64,000 nt of DNA from Schizosaccharomyces osmophilus (taxonomy: Eukaryota), in assembly GCF_027921745.1 (NCBI RefSeq), contig NC_079240.1, positions 1,240,001-1,304,000 of the forward strand. Direction: 5' to 3'. Under the pieces are notes generated by a model. That model was given only the letters and a program-made list of their open reading frames with translations, did not search any database and was not told the origin of the DNA. Positions within the stretch are counted from its first letter, which is position 1, and every line of letters starts with the position of its first letter. Position numbers and translations under genes: made by a program. Below are positions 47,509-61,667 of the stretch, one piece after another.

Positions 47509-48735
47509 GATTATAGAATAAAACTAGATGAACGTAAAGATCGTGATTTGAAAAAAAAGTAAATGTAATGCAGAATAAAACCGCACAAGCGAAATCAGAA
47601 AATAATACAGATGAATAATTATCTGAACAAATTGCGGTATCTCTAGAAGATAAATGCAACAGTCCCAGAAAAGGAAAGTTTTATGTAGTATAGAATTTTG
47701 TTCTAAAGATAAACCAATGAGACTCGTTTATTCGTTCAAACTCGTCCGTTTAATTGATTTTCTCTTCAGTACAGTCTCTACGCCGTTAGCACGCGTCAAG
47801 AACGGGAAATATGACAAAGATTGCACGAATTTATGCCAATCGAGGAACTGTCTCTATATATATAATACAGGTTAAAGATAAGGTATTTCTGGAACGGTTT
47901 CCCAGACCAAATCTTTGTTGTTGGGAATGGATAAGTGCAGCGGACGCGTTCAAAGCTCTTTCCACACGGGTAAGTCACATGCTACCCAATAACAGAAAAC
48001 CGTATAAATCAAAAAAGACCTTTCAATTTAAATGTACTAAGTATATAATTTATAATTTCTGAGTAATTCTATCAGCTTCTTCGTGTATTTTTTCCCTCCA
48101 TGTTCGCTATGGCTTTTCTCGCTATTGTGGGGCACTCTGTAAAAGAAGATTCGAGGTGATTTTCGCCGCTGTCACTTTTCCAAGTGACGCTCAATATAAA
48201 CAAATAGAAGGTAAATCAGGAAAAATAATAAAGGTAAAAATGCCGATGTATTTTTGGCAGCTGCTTTGTTGAATTGGAGTTTCTATTAGAATAGAGCTCT
48301 CCTGTTTTTTTTTCGCTCTCAAGATGGTTTTTTTCGGTTCTTTCGTTCTACTGATGCATTATAAAAGGCATTCACGAAAAACTCAATGCTTTTGAAGTGC
48401 GATTACAGATGACTAAAATAAAAAAGATGAAAACCAATTGATTTGAGAAAAAAAAGCTTCACCCGTGTATTCACAAAATAGTCAGTCAACTGAATTTTTT
48501 TCATGTGTAGAAATGAAGTAAAAACTTACTTGTCTCAAAACGATGAATAAAGTAAGAACCAGTTTTATTTTATTTTTAAAATTACAATTATGAATAAACC
48601 AAAAAAGTCGACGTTAGGTTGGATTTCAAACACCATAATAAATAAACCCAAACAAGAAACTGGTGCTGCCGGAAGATTGAACTGGCTATTACACTTTTAT
48701 AAAACCGTATACCTGGAAACAAAAACCACATTTCC

Positions 48736-48773
48736 TTTTTTTTTTCTTTTTTTTTTTTTTTTTTTTTTTTTTT
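48736..48773. repeat. poly(dT) tract downstream of pos5
   Basis: T run of 38 nt interrupted by a single C. Confidence 0.85.
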
Positions 48774-48786
48774 GAAACAAACCTTC

Positions 48787-49984
48787 TTACCATCCTTTAC
48801 GATCAAAAGGATGGTTCCAGCGAAGAAGTCCAACGATATCACTCATCCAATCGTCTTCTTTATGGCTACGAATAACACAAGGAATTCCATTATCTTTCTT
48901 GCTGCATATATGAATACGTTGCCCGATATCTGTCAACCCAAGTAAACGGCCATCGACCGAAAGCTGGGGTCGGACACGAGACTTTTCTGATGTTTCAACA
49001 CTGATAGTAAAAGAATCGGGGAATAAAACAGGTCGAAAAGAAAGAGAACTCGGACAAATGGGTGTAAGCAGGAGAGCATTAATAGATGGATGCACAATCG
49101 GTCCACCAGAAGATAGGGAATACGCAGTTGATCCAGTAGGAGTGGATATTATTATCCCGTCAGCAATTGCTTCAGTTAGAAATTTATCGTTAATGAATAC
49201 TTTCAAGACAGCCATATGCGGAGAGAGACCTCTATGAATATGCATTTCATTCATGATGAAACTGGTCTCATCATAAGTATTTCTTTTCATAGTCAAAGAT
49301 AATCGCATTCTCATTAATACATAAGAGCGTGAAGAATACATGTCTGCAAATGCCGTTTGAAAGTCCGAAATATCAAAAGGCAAAAGAAATCCCAAGGTTC
49401 CTAGAGAAAATGATAATATAGGTGGCATGCCTGATTTTGCAAACAAAGAGGCGGCATGTAAAATGGTTCCATCTCCACCAACTGTTATCACGATATCTAC
49501 CTTCTTTTCTAAGTCCGCCTCATCATCCCAGCTATACAATTTATACTGCGGAAAAGCCTTTGCAGTTTCTTTATCTACAATAAGAGATAAATCAGGATAA
49601 ATGGTCTGCAAGTGTTCAACTAGTCTCGTGAAACACTGATTGACCTTCAAATCCATAGTTTTCTTTAGGATCAGAATATTTCTGGGTGACAGCGGCCATT
49701 GTAATTGCTTCAAATTTGCTTTTCCTCCTACTGACTGAGGAGAGACGCAATCTAAAAAAAGTATAATGTTAGTCAAACCGTATGTAGTTTATTTCACTGT
49801 CGTCGTTACCTTGGTATACTGGTATGATTCTTGGAGGTAAAGACTTTATTGTAGTTCCCGTGAACGTAGACTGGAAGCAAACTCCAGCATTTCTTATATT
49901 TCGAAATTGCTGCCTAGTCGAGAGACAAAACTGACTTAACCGGATAGGAGCAAATGCCAATTGGAATTGTCTGCGCAAAAGCAT
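48787..49984 (-). CDS. pos5: mitochondrial NADH kinase; intron 49752-49809
   Basis: Basic presequence in exon 1; NAD-kinase motifs GGDGTIL, GTLGFL, NE and STPTGSTAYSLSSGG. Confidence 0.92.
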
Positions 49985-50501
49985 AAGCAGGGGTTTTCTT
50001 TTATTTTTCTTCTATGTTCAACTTAAATACAGCATAAGTTTTAAAATCAACTTTGCACAATTCAAACGTTGCGGATTTGCCAGATCAGATGAGGTAAATG
50101 GAGAAAGTATGAGAGAAATCGTATATTGGAGTTTACCGCAATTCCGATAAAGGTAAAGAATGAAATTGCTTAATGCTCAGTTCAAGAAACAGTATGAAAC
50201 ATATATTTCGTTTTTTCTGGAATTGCTGGACCTCGAGTATGAGTGACAAAATCTACAACCAGAACTATATTTACAAATCACTATCACTACAGCTGTCACA
50301 TACACTCTATTAGAACCTGTCATCTCTTATATTGTTCATTTTTCTTAATAATAGCAGGTTTCTTTTGACGGAAGGATCAAACCTACAGAAAGATAGCTAT
50401 TTTTCTCGTAAAACAGTTCATTGGAGCATGAAAAAGGAAAAGGAATGCAAGTCTAGTCGTATATAAGGCTCATAGACAATATAATAAGACAAATAGATAC
50501 C

Positions 50502-51281
50502 TTAATCTGATCTGTGCTCTTCACGATGAACAGCATTAGCCATTTCTTCATCGGTATAAATGTGGAATCCCTTCTCAGAAGTAACACTTGCGAGTTGTAC
50601 ATTTTTCGAATTTAACTTCTCTTCCATGACTTGACGAAGGACTTTAAGAATCAACACCTCTGCTTCTTGAAGAGTCATGTCATTGTGGTATTCTTTGACC
50701 AACTCGGTTTTTGCGGGCTCACTGCCAGAACCGATGGCTTTAGCACCATAACGGAAATAAGTACCAGAAGGTTCCGAGTGATATAGTTGGGGACCATGCT
50801 CATCCATACCGGCCACCAAGAGAGCCACACCAAAAGGACGAGACATAATGCGTTCTTCGTCTTCCTCTCCTTCACCGAAACGAAGAGCCAAATCACAGAC
50901 AGACTGGGTAATACTTTCTACACCTTGGGGTTCATCGTAAGTGAAACGATGGTTCTGTGCTTGCACTCTAGCATGGTCTATAATAGTACGTGCGTCTGCT
51001 GTTAAACCAGAGATGGCACAGCCAATGTTCGTGTCTATTTCAAATAGCTTTTCCACGGAGTATGACTCCATTAAAGGACTACTAAGTCTCTTTTCAACAC
51101 CTAAAACAACTCCATCTTTTGATTTCACGCCAATCGCAGTTGATCCCAACTTAATGGCTTCAATCGCATATTCTACTTGAAACAATCGTCCTTCAGGTGA
51201 AAACGTGTTTACACCTCTATCGTATTCTAACTTATTAGTTTTGATTCAGCCATATTTCATACCTGATCTAGTCATAAACAT
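50502..51281 (-). CDS. pup2: 20S proteasome alpha5 subunit; intron 51227-51262
   Basis: [27 protein letters not shown] and [10 protein letters not shown]. Confidence 0.96.
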
Positions 51282-51398
51282 TTTGCTATTGAAATGTGTT
51301 AAAGATGAGTATTTCGTCTGAATTCCTTGTACTATTGATATTTGGTAGGTACTACGAAATACATCCTTAAACCAGATAGTGCAGTGCAATGAGATTTA

Positions 51399-53257
51399 TC
51401 ATCGAGCAGGAGAAATCAGCAAAGAAGCCCAGTAGGGAAGCAAAGATGAGGCATGGGGATATGAAAGAGTAGAAAGTTGTTTGGTAATAAGAAGGATTAT
51501 GGAGTCCTGATACTCTCTTTGGAGTCTTTCAATTACAACTTGCAGTTGCTGAAGGCATTCGCGTTGCTCTGATTCACCAAGGAAGGGTAGTAGGCCTATG
51601 GATGCTTTCAAAAGAAGATGTGAGTTTTCCAAATTCGAAACAATCTTTCGCTTGATCATAGAAAATAGGTGTTTCAGAAAAATTTTTTTGGTAGATTGGT
51701 TATACAACTGGAATTTAGAGCATAAAATATCCTGCAAATCATATTCAGGAACCGGTAGAAGGGTAAAGTTGAATATGCAATCGAGATGAATCATGATCCT
51801 TTCTTGTTCAGTAATAGAAGAAGAATCGGTAGAATCAGCCGAAATATCATTTGCGAATAGAGAAATGTATAGACAGAGTTCTAGCAAGTACCTATTAGAA
51901 AGGGATTCTCCAGAATTCTGCTTTAGGACGTGACACAAAAACGAACAACAATTCGATATTTTTTCAATCAGTTCCATTGTTGATTTTGTGAATGGAATAT
52001 TGGGAACCTCGCTGGATAAAAGTTGTTTGATTCTCAGCTTTTGCAGATGCTTGATAAGAAGCAAAGTGTACGAAAGTGGAATTCCTGAAAGCTTGCTAAT
52101 ATCCAATTCTTCCCGTTTTAAAATCCAGCGATGTAGCACCTGGCTGACGTTTTCTATATTTGGAGCAACCATATGTTTACCCCTCGTCAACGCAACTGCA
52201 AAAATAAAATCCAAGGTAGACCAAGAGGAAGACACAGATTGAAATCCCCATTCTAATTCACTTAACAGAAGAAGCATACGCTGACATAAATTCTGATCTC
52301 TGCTACTAAAGTCAGTTTTTGCAAACTGATTCAGACTAATCGCCTCTAGCAAGATAACAAATATGAAAAAAATCGATCTTCTTTGAGAAACTGAAGACAT
52401 CACATTTGGGACATTCCTCAAATGAACAGCTAAATGAGCTAGTCTTAGGAGAGATGTTAAAGAATGCGACAGGAACATGAAACACTTACCTTTCCAACAA
52501 GTCTTCCAGCGTTCTATGCGAAAAGTGAGTAATTAAGCGAGATAACACAGTTGCTGGCAAAATTGCAGTCTCAGCACTGTCCAAAAAAGCCAAAGAAAGT
52601 GCATTCCAAGTTATGGAATACCAATCCTGTAAGTAATTAGCGGATTTTTCTTTCAACTTGAGATCAAAACATACAAGAGGATGTGAAAAGAGCGATAGAC
52701 AAATCCAGTTCACTCCGAGTTCAGAGCCAAAATTTTTAAATAGGATCTGGATAATTTGAAAAGATTCTAATTCATTTAGACGTACGCTTTGAATTGTTGT
52801 TCTAAGTGGTTTCTTTACTTTTCGTTCCAAAGCATATCGCAAGTGAAAATGTGAACTCGAATTTAAGGCTCTATACAAAGCACTCATCAGCAAAAGTTTT
52901 CTTGAAACAATCCTATCTTGATTATTCGGTATGTTTTCGAAGGTTTCCACCAAAAGTTGCAACACCCTAGTGCTTCCCAATTCACTGGCGAAAGTTGCTT
53001 GATTTTCTATTAAACCATAAATGAGGGCTAACAAATTGTCAGGAACATTCTCCTTTGATCGCCAAAATGGTTCGCAGTGTAATAATCTTCCAAATACTAA
53101 AGAAACATTTTGTTGATTTCGAAGTCTAGGTAGCGTAAGAGTGATAAATTTGATGAGACTTTATTGTTAGTGGTCTCAAGAAAAATAATACTTACAAATC
53201 CACTGAAAAGTCATCGCTTTGCAATAGCCGTAGGATACGATTCACTGTTTCTTCCAT
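51399..53257 (-). CDS. Leu-rich helical protein, possibly a divergent peroxin Pex8; introns 53159-53195 and 52444-52489
   Basis: ATG 53257; GTAAGT introns join the track ORFs 52486-53034 and 51399-52478 in frame. N-terminal TLPRLRNQQNVSLVFGRLLHCEPFW. The gene model is well supported, the product call is tentative. Confidence 0.7.
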
Positions 53258-53403
53258 TATACGACTACCTCTGATATTTCGGAAGGAAACAACAATTTAT
53301 ATAATTTCATACACCAAATACTTTTTACTTTGGATTAAAACAAGTTTTTATCATTGACATTCAAGAAAACCTGGTTTCGTAAGCCGTGTACACCTACCGA
53401 AAT

Positions 53404-55121
53404 ATGGCTTCGTTCGTTCGAACGGCGAAAACAACGTTTTTGGATGGTCAGTTTCCAGTTCTTAAAGATGTTTCTTTTGAAATAACTAAAAACCAAAACT
53501 GGGCCGTGGTCGGCGCTGTTGGAAGTGGAAGAACTACTTTTCTAAAAGTAAGTTGAAGGCTCAAAAGAAGGCTCACGAAACGACTCGTTCATAACCTTTT
53601 ACTTGGTCCTATGTCAGATAAAACAGATTGAATGAAAATCATAAGTTTGGTTTTGTATGCTGAGGGCGTTTACCTAATTATTCCTGGATATATTATATTT
53701 GCTGACTACTCTTAGTGCTTACTAGGATCATATACACCTTCTCCTGCTACAAGTTTTAAATACCCTTTTCTGTCTGGTACCGATAAAAGTCACTGGCAGA
53801 CAATTCAATTTTTGGACTTTCAAACATCAGGCCTTCAGCGTGCTGCATATTATTCAGAAAGGTATCATTCATACCGCGATGAACGGGAAGACACTACTCT
53901 TCAAAGATGGTTATCTGATGCTTACCGAGGTCCGGAAGAGAAAGCATTGGAAAAGGTGCGACATGCAGCATCGATTACAAGATTGGAGTCCTTACTCGAT
54001 TCAAGTTTGATTAATTTAAGCAACGGGCAATCTAGAAGGGCTATGCTTGCTGTAAAGTTGTTACTAGAACCTAAAATGCTATTATTAGATGAACCATATT
54101 GTATGTTAATGAAACTAACCATCGCTTGATTACTGACAAAAGTTAGCTGGTCTTGATGTTGCTTCTCGTTCAATAGTTTCAGATCTTTTGGGAAGTATGT
54201 CCGATGCTTCCTCTCCTAAAATTGTTCTTTCCCTCCGACAACAGGACGAGATACCTGATTTCGTGACTCATATAGTCGAGTTAAAAAATCATGAAATAAC
54301 CTATCAAGGAACTAGAGATAAATACAAACCGTTTTATAATCCTATAGTTTCGTCGAAACCTCAACTCGAGGAGGCTACACCTCCAAAGATTGGCGGTCCA
54401 ATCGTTGAGATGAATAACCTAAATTGTACCTATTGGGGTAGAAATGTTTTACAAAATATTAATTGGACTATAAAAGAAGGTGAAAGATGGTATTTGAGCG
54501 GTAGCAATGGAAGCGGAAAAACTACTCTTTTAGCTTTTGCCCTTGGTGATCATCCAAAACTCTTTGCTACAGACATAAGGTTCTTTGGAAAGTTCGTTGG
54601 ACCAGGAACAGGAATCTCAATTTTTGACATTCAAGAAAACGTCGGTCATTGCGTATGTTTCTATCACTCCAACTTGTCGTTTTACTAACGTGTTTAAGTC
54701 ACCTGAAATACACACACATTTCCCTAAAGAATTCACTTGCAGAGAGGCTCTGTTAAGTGCCTGGAGTACTACTTTTACAATCCCGAAAGAAACCGAGAGC
54801 CGTTCAAAAACCATTTCAAAAATTCTAGATGAACTGAATATCCGTAAGTTCGAAAATACCCCTTTATCTCAGTTACCCATAGGTATGCAAAGATTTATTC
54901 TTTTTTGTAGGGCTATCATCAAAAGTCCTCGTCTGTTGGTTTTGGACGAGCCTTTTCAAGGCGTGGATACTGAGTATATGCACCTAGCTCATAAATGGTT
55001 GAACAAAAATCTTTTACCGTCACAAGCAATGGTCATCATTTCTCATTACGAAGAAGAAATTCCAGCTTGCGTGAATGCTAGTGCATGTATCCATCAAGGA
55101 AAGCTACGTGTCAACACTTAA
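53404..55121 (+). CDS. soluble twin-NBD ABC ATPase (ModF/YDR061W-like), 4 exons
   Basis: ATG 53404; NBD1 GAVGSGRT, LSNGQ, LLLDEP; NBD2 GSNGSGKT, LPIGM, LVLDEP; no TM domain; introns near 53548-53715, 54101-54145 and 54653-54698. Confidence 0.85.
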
Positions 55122-55195
55122 GTCGTGTCGTAGTATGTAATATCAGTTCTTTGAAGTTTTTAAAAAAAGAAACCATAAATGCATTATAGTAAACA

Positions 55196-56059
55196 TTAGA
55201 AAAATAAAGCATTGCTCTTTGAAAAACGCAACACGCATAGTGTTTCTCTTCCCGCCTTTCTTCTCAACACTTCTTTTGAATTAAAACCAAACTGTAACAT
55301 ATAATTTTGAATTTTTCCTGGATTATTTCGAGCAACAGCGACCATGTAGAAGACTCCATCTGCTGAAAGTATGTCCTAATATGAGTAAGTCAGAAAATGA
55401 AACGCAAGACAAGTGATATACTCTTACATCTACAATCCTTAATAATTGACTTGTTACATCCATTCCATCGGTCCCTCCTGCCCAAGTGGAAGCAATATTG
55501 GCTTCTTTTGGGATTTCCTCAAATTCTGTAGGGACATAAGGAGGATTAAAAAGCAAAACATCAACGCTTTTTCTAATCCTTAATCCTTGTAAAAAGAAAG
55601 TTTGCGCAGTTAAAAATGCACCGCTTTTGTCATTGTATACTTCTCGATTTTTATTCACTACATAAGCTGTCGCATTGCAGGCAGCATTTGAAATGTCAGT
55701 CATAAAATGAACTGAGAAGGTTAGTCAAGGTGTTTATAGTCAAATATTCTTACTTGTTGGTCTGTCCTGCAAAATTCCACTTTTGAAAAACGACGACACA
55801 CAGCCAGATCCACAACTTATAAATGGTAAGTTAACACATTGCCATGATAATTATTACCCTATTTCTGAAGTGAGAAGCAACTTTTCATCTGCAAATTTAC
55901 ATAGCTTGTCTTTATCCTCCTCAAGAGCGTCCAGCAAAGCAAAAGTATCCTCTTTTCGAATTTAGCAATCTGTCGGTAGAATTGATGATTACCTGCAGGT
56001 TCATATACATCCTGGAATACGTCTTCTGACAAACAAGAAGTATCAGGAGTGGGAATCAT
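55196..56059 (-). CDS. mtq2: eRF1 glutamine methyltransferase (HemK2/N6AMT1), multi-exon
   Basis: MIPTP..VYEPAEDTF.LLDALE, NPPYVPT, WAGG.DG and a last exon containing KAGRETL. Confidence 0.92.
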
Positions 56060-56193
56060 TTGGGTTGTGATTTGATTCTAATAAAGCTAAGGTAAGGTGA
56101 ACTCTACATTAGGCAGTTCGCTTGTGCTTTAACAAAAAACTAGTTTTTATAATATTCATGAGATATAATCTTCTGATTTCCTTTCTTGGGTTT

Positions 56194-58137
56194 CTAAATA
56201 TTAAATGTTTCAGTTTTGCTATGAACTCCATTAAAGATGCATGTGTGATTGACCGGTAGATAATGTTTCGTAAGGATCTAAAAGTGTAAGAATTACTTTC
56301 AAAACATATACTGAAGATTTAATTTACATACCTTAATTGCCTCTTGTGCAGCAATTCCGCCTACTAGAGAGGAAACTGGATGAACTTCATAACCGGATGC
56401 TCGAGATCTACTTCGCAGTTAGTCAACATTCTTTGATCGTATAGGTAAGCGTACAGTTCCTCAATGCATTCCAAAACCTTTTCTTTGTATTCCTGTTTCA
56501 ATGAATACTTTTCAAATAAATTGTCCAATTCGGAATTGACAATGGGAGATTCCTTTTCTAGTGATGCATGTGGGTGACAACTGAAAAGTTGCTCCGAGAT
56601 TCGAAACGCAAAATACCAAGGAAGGAGAGAATTTTCTTCAGAAAGAAATGAATCTGTTGAATTGTTGAGCTTTCCGTTAACCACAATACTTAAACATACC
56701 TAAATTGTTGGGAGTCTCAAATTCTTCTTGTATGGATCTGTATCGAAGAACCTTAATGTTCAAAACGTTTTTGCAAAACCTTTTTATCACAATATCCGGT
56801 ATATCATCCACAGGCCTTTTCTGAGACTTTAATGCTCTTTGAACAAATAATTTTAGAGCACCAAAATCTGTAAGATACTTTTCATTGTACCTTCAATTAT
56901 TAGTCTAAAACTGAAATACTTATACTTACAATTGCTTTATAGTCAAGTAACGCTGAGTATTAGAATGCATGTCAGGAATTGTACCTAACAATGGCAAAGT
57001 TCCTCTCTCCTCGTAGAAGCATTTCAAAGAATGACATAGTATCCAAAAATCGGTGGAGCATTCACTAAGATGTTGACTTTTTTCATCCTGGAGTACTTCC
57101 ATCACGTTCGAAGGTATCTGTTTTCAGTTAGGAGGTCGAATTACACATTGTTTTACCTTATACTCTTGAAGAATTCTCCAATAGCTTGATAATGCTTCTT
57201 CGTAATTTTCAGGAGCTTGTCCATGTATGTCCTTTCGAATCATATCTTGCAAAATTCTTCTATCATCCGAATTTTCTGGCTTCCGATGATGCAGCCTCTC
57301 AAATTGTAGCATATAATGAATTAAAAGCTCGATATATGTAAGCTCATTCCTTGTTGTTACGTCCATTTGACTAATGTTCAAGGAGCGTACATGATCCATC
57401 AAATCAAACCAAGGAGTGCGAATTCGTAAATCTAAAGGTACCTCGGGCTGAGACTGAACGGCTTTTGATATAGTTAGAGAACGAACTGAAAGTACACATA
57501 CTTGTATATTCTGGGAGAGAGATTCGAATTATGCCTGCGAATCCGATAGAATTGTAGTAGATGAGAGGAATTCCTTTGGACCTTAAGAAAGCTTCAAGTC
57601 GAAGCAAAGCCTCACTTTTAAGTTTTGAAGCGAAAACAATTGCAAATCTTGAAAAAAATTCAATATCTTTCTCTATTAACTCTTCTGGTTCCTAAGGTCA
57701 CCATCAGTACTCTATTCTATCATACGGCAGATTAAATTCTTACCACTTCTAGGTAATTCATTTCCGCTGATGGATTCAACTGCTGTAGTAAGGTACTAGT
57801 GCATAAAGCTCGGCTCTGTCCTTCTTGATCGTACTGCACAAAGAAGTTGGATCCATCACGCTTCAGATCTACCAACGATTTGTCAATTACAGTAAATTCA
57901 CGAATTCCTAGGTAATTCATTAGAAAACCAAAGCATAAAAGAAATACGCACCAGGAAGAATTGTATTTTTTAATGCTTCACAACCCACTGTATTGGCATT
58001 TAGCAAGCAAATATGTGATTGCTCAATAGCATATTGCCCTTCTGCTTTCCAAATCCGTACTTGCCTATTATTAGTTTTATTGAAATCGTTTCCTGTTCGT
58101 ACCTATCGTATTTTTGCATTTTACAAGGATTGTCCAT
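56194..58137 (-). CDS. uba5: NEDD8-activating enzyme regulatory subunit (Ula1/APPBP1), many introns
   Basis: KYDRQVRIW...GQ, GCEALKNTILPGI, GTIPDMHSNTQRY and the C-terminal VGGIAAQEAIK|ILTKHYLPVNHT. The symbol is the S. pombe name for the Ula1 ortholog. Confidence 0.88.
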
Positions 58138-58655
58138 ACTTACTGGAATTTTATATTAACTATGATGAGTTCATAGTTAGTGTCGAGGAAGTGTAAATAT
58201 CCTAAAATTAAATTTAGTACTTACTCTCAACAATTAAATCAATTTTAGATTTATGTATATTTATACATTCTTTTCTATTTTATTTCGCAATGGACAAGAA
58301 AAACAAGGATCTATTTCTTATAATTCTCAAATCTATTTGTAGAGTAAAAAATCTTTAAAATGTACATATTAGTCGTAAGTCTATTCAGAATGTGAAGTGC
58401 AACGGAAGGAAATGAACTTCATCGCAGCAAATAATATCGAATGTTCCAATGTCTACAGGGACATAGATATTTGTATACGGAAAATGCGGGCCAGGAACTA
58501 ATTAACGGAGATAAAGCCAATAACAGGTGAAAGGACCTTTAATTAAGAAACGAAGAGAAGGGTGGAAGCTAAAAATTCAAGATACTTCGGGAATACAAAA
58601 GAAAATTGGTTATGTGAAGTGTAAGATTATGAATAGTAAATCGGCACAGGAGCAT

Positions 58656-60332
58656 TTATATGTGAGCCATTCTTTGAAGTGCTTCTTGAAGGACTTTGTG
58701 CCAATTTATATGCCCAAGAACGGTATACTGACAAGTAATACCAGTTGTGACAGCAACTATCATTCCCAACCAAATACCTTTCAAGCCTAAGTGATACACA
58801 ATGACAAAGACGAGCGTAACTGGTAAAGCAATACAATAGTTACAAGCGATGCTAATAACACCACCAATACTCTGCTTGCCTATACCACGAAGCAATCCGC
58901 CTCCAACAGCATTGAGAGCATCGAAAACGATAAAGAGACACAAAATGGGAAATACTTGCTGTACTATTCCGAGTACTTCTTTATCAGAAGTGAAATAATG
59001 CCCCCAATGGTCACGGAAGCAAAATAGAAAAAGACCGTCAGTCACAGAGACTAAAACAGCAAGACAAGTAGCTACTCGACTGCATATACGAGCCAAATTC
59101 GGTCTGCCAGAACCAACGAGATGACCAACGCGAGTAGAAGATGCAACGGCAAAAGCAAAAGGAACTTGGAAAGCCAAAGAAGTGGTAGTGAGAAGGACGG
59201 ATTGTGAGGCTAAAGAAGCTGTTCCCAAATAACCAGCTCCCAAACTAGTCATTTCATAGGCAGCCCATTCCGTTACAATCATCAACATACCATGAAAGGA
59301 CAGCGTCAACATAGGTCTTAGATTTTGTACCGCACGCTTTGAAAAGTGTGTCCAAGGAATGACAGAAGACGAGAAACGAGCGTAAGTCATTAAACTAATA
59401 CTTTGAACCCAAAAAGTGATCGCAACGGCGGTAGGAGCACCTAGGAATCCAAAACCCAGTTTTGGATGCCACACCAAAAGATAATTGAGTAGCATGTTTA
59501 AAGGGGCAGCAAAGCAAAGGACACAAGTGATGGGTTTAAAAATACCTTGCGATTGAAGATAACGCTTCATAACTTCAAATGATGCATATCCAGGACTAGA
59601 AAAGTTAGTAAAAAGGGTTCAAAACCCCCCAATTGACATGAATGTAACTTACGCGGCAAAGATGAAAACTCTCATATATCGGCCACACAGGTGTGCGACC
59701 ATGGGATCTTGACGAAGAAAAATAAGGATATGCTCCAAGTTCAACCAAATGATAGAAATGGGAATATGTAAAAGAAGAAGGATGAAACAACAACGCTGAA
59801 AGTATACGGCCACATTGTACGGTTTATTTGCTCCAAATGCTTGTGTAGCAAGAGTATCTAGAGATGAAATAATTCCTTGGAACATGGAAAAGGCCGTGAT
59901 GGCAGCAGTCATTGTTGAAAGGGAAGAAGCCGCCAGATATTCTTTTCCTAAATGGCCTAAACTAAAGACGGTGGAAAACTGTTCTGATGACTGAAATAGA
60001 TAGGCTAATACAGTCGGAGAACCCAATCGTAGTAATTCTGCAAATTCATGCCGAACCGTAGACAACCCATGAGCACAATCATCGACCGCTTGTCCCCAAG
60101 GGTGAACATGGTTTTGTTGAATTTGCTGAGGAACTGGAACCATAGAACCATACACAGATGGAATGTTTGGTTCCAGGTAACTTTGATCATCAATAAGTGA
60201 ATGATCCTCTTCTGTTAATAATCTTCGTTCTTCATCAGAGCAATTGCTACGAGAAGAGAGCACTCGTCTAGGTTCGCTCTCAAGACTAAAAATTTTCGTT
60301 AATGCCCACGAAGGGAAGTTTTTCAAGTTCAT
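58656..60332 (-). CDS. MATE-family multidrug/solute transporter; intron 59596-59652
   Basis: LGHLGKEYLAASSL, SLDTLATQAFGA, KRYLQSQG, EWAAYE and STRVGHLVGSG. Confidence 0.93.
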
Positions 60333-61004
60333 TTTTTATGATTGAAATTCAATTCTAAAAGGCTCAAAACAGTTAGTTCAGTGGAACCATCTAAAACCTC
60401 GAATTTCAACGATGCATGCAAAAGATTCTTTATAAATTGTACCGAAAATCTTTAGTACTTGATATCACAAAAAAGTGACCATACCTCGATTAGATAATTG
60501 CTGAAAGATAAGATAGGCAAGCTTCCATTCGCCCAAGATTAGATTTTTATTAGTCGGCAAACATAAACGTTATATATAAAGTTATCTTGCCGAACATTTT
60601 CAGTGTAGTAAAAGTTGGAAATGGAACATGAAAAAGAACGGTTTGTTTAGGAATACAAGGAATGAAAAGAAAAGTTATTCCTTAAAAAATGAATTAACTT
60701 TCATTTGTTGTATGTATGTTGTATTCCAAACGATTCGTCGCTTCGCAGATTGTCTAGGTTGCCCATGCTTTGCGGAAACGAGTTCTTTTGTTCATTCGAG
60801 AGTGCAGGCATTATTTGTAGCATATAATGTCTCTAAAAGGTTTTGTATAGCTTCTCAAACTCTGTCATTTCCTCCATAATGTCACAGAAACATGCAGCAG
60901 AACATATATTATACTAAAGATTAACGAGTTTTCCGTTAGTTCACCGTATGCCGAGATGGTTAATTGAATATGAACGTACGCGTCTTGTTTAGACATTCCC
61001 AACT

Positions 61005-61667
61005 ATGGATGTTTTGCAGCCAGATGCTGTAGTGCTACAGAAAATCGTTTACAGAAATAAAAACCAACATCGTCTCACGATTTGGTGGAGGCATGTAATC
61101 ATGCTTCACCGTAGGTTAAGGCAATGGCTCTCTGGAAAGGAATCTGTGAAATCGTTGCTTTTGCAACAATGCCCAAAATCTTACGCTCTTTTTACCAATT
61201 TAATTGCACATGGCCAATATCCAGGACTTGGGTGCCTTCTGCTTGGCATTTTATCTCGCGTTTGGTATGTTTTGGGAGGAATCGAATATGAAGCTAGCTT
61301 GTCACCCCCATCATCTCCGGCTCTTTTACCAAATCCTCCTCTCTTACAAGAGCAAATTTTCAAAGCGAACAATAAAGAAAAGGATCTATCGGACCTTGGA
61401 ACTGTCATTTCTCGTGAAGAACTTTCTTCCTCTGCTCCTCCATCGTCACTTTCTCGTGAAGTCAGCCTTGCTAACTCTCCATCTGCTGAAGTGAATTCCA
61501 TTCCACTACCGCAAACACCGTCTGCGCAAGCGCAACCCTCTGGAGGTGGTATTTCAGCATCCGATAAACCCTCGTTACGGTCTTCCGATTCAACTTGTTC
61601 AGCACCCAAAAAGAAGAAGAAGAAATCTAAAAAGAAAAAAGATGAAATTGACGATATTTTTGGTTAA
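61005..61667 (+). CDS. rmp1: RNase MRP subunit Rmp1
   Basis: YRNKNQHR..WWR, GQYPGLG.LL.GILSR and the C-terminal KKKK..IDDIFG. Confidence 0.88.
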   Translation: MDVLQPDAVVLQKIVYRNKNQHRLTIWWRHVIMLHRRLRQWLSGKESVKSLLLQQCPKSYALFTNLIAHGQYPGLGCLLLGILSRVWYVLGGIEYEASLSPPSSPALLPNPPLLQEQIFKANNKEKDLSDLGTVISREELSSSAPPSSLSREVSLANSPSAEVNSIPLPQTPSAQAQPSGGGISASDKPSLRSSDSTCSAPKKKKKKSKKKKDEIDDIFG

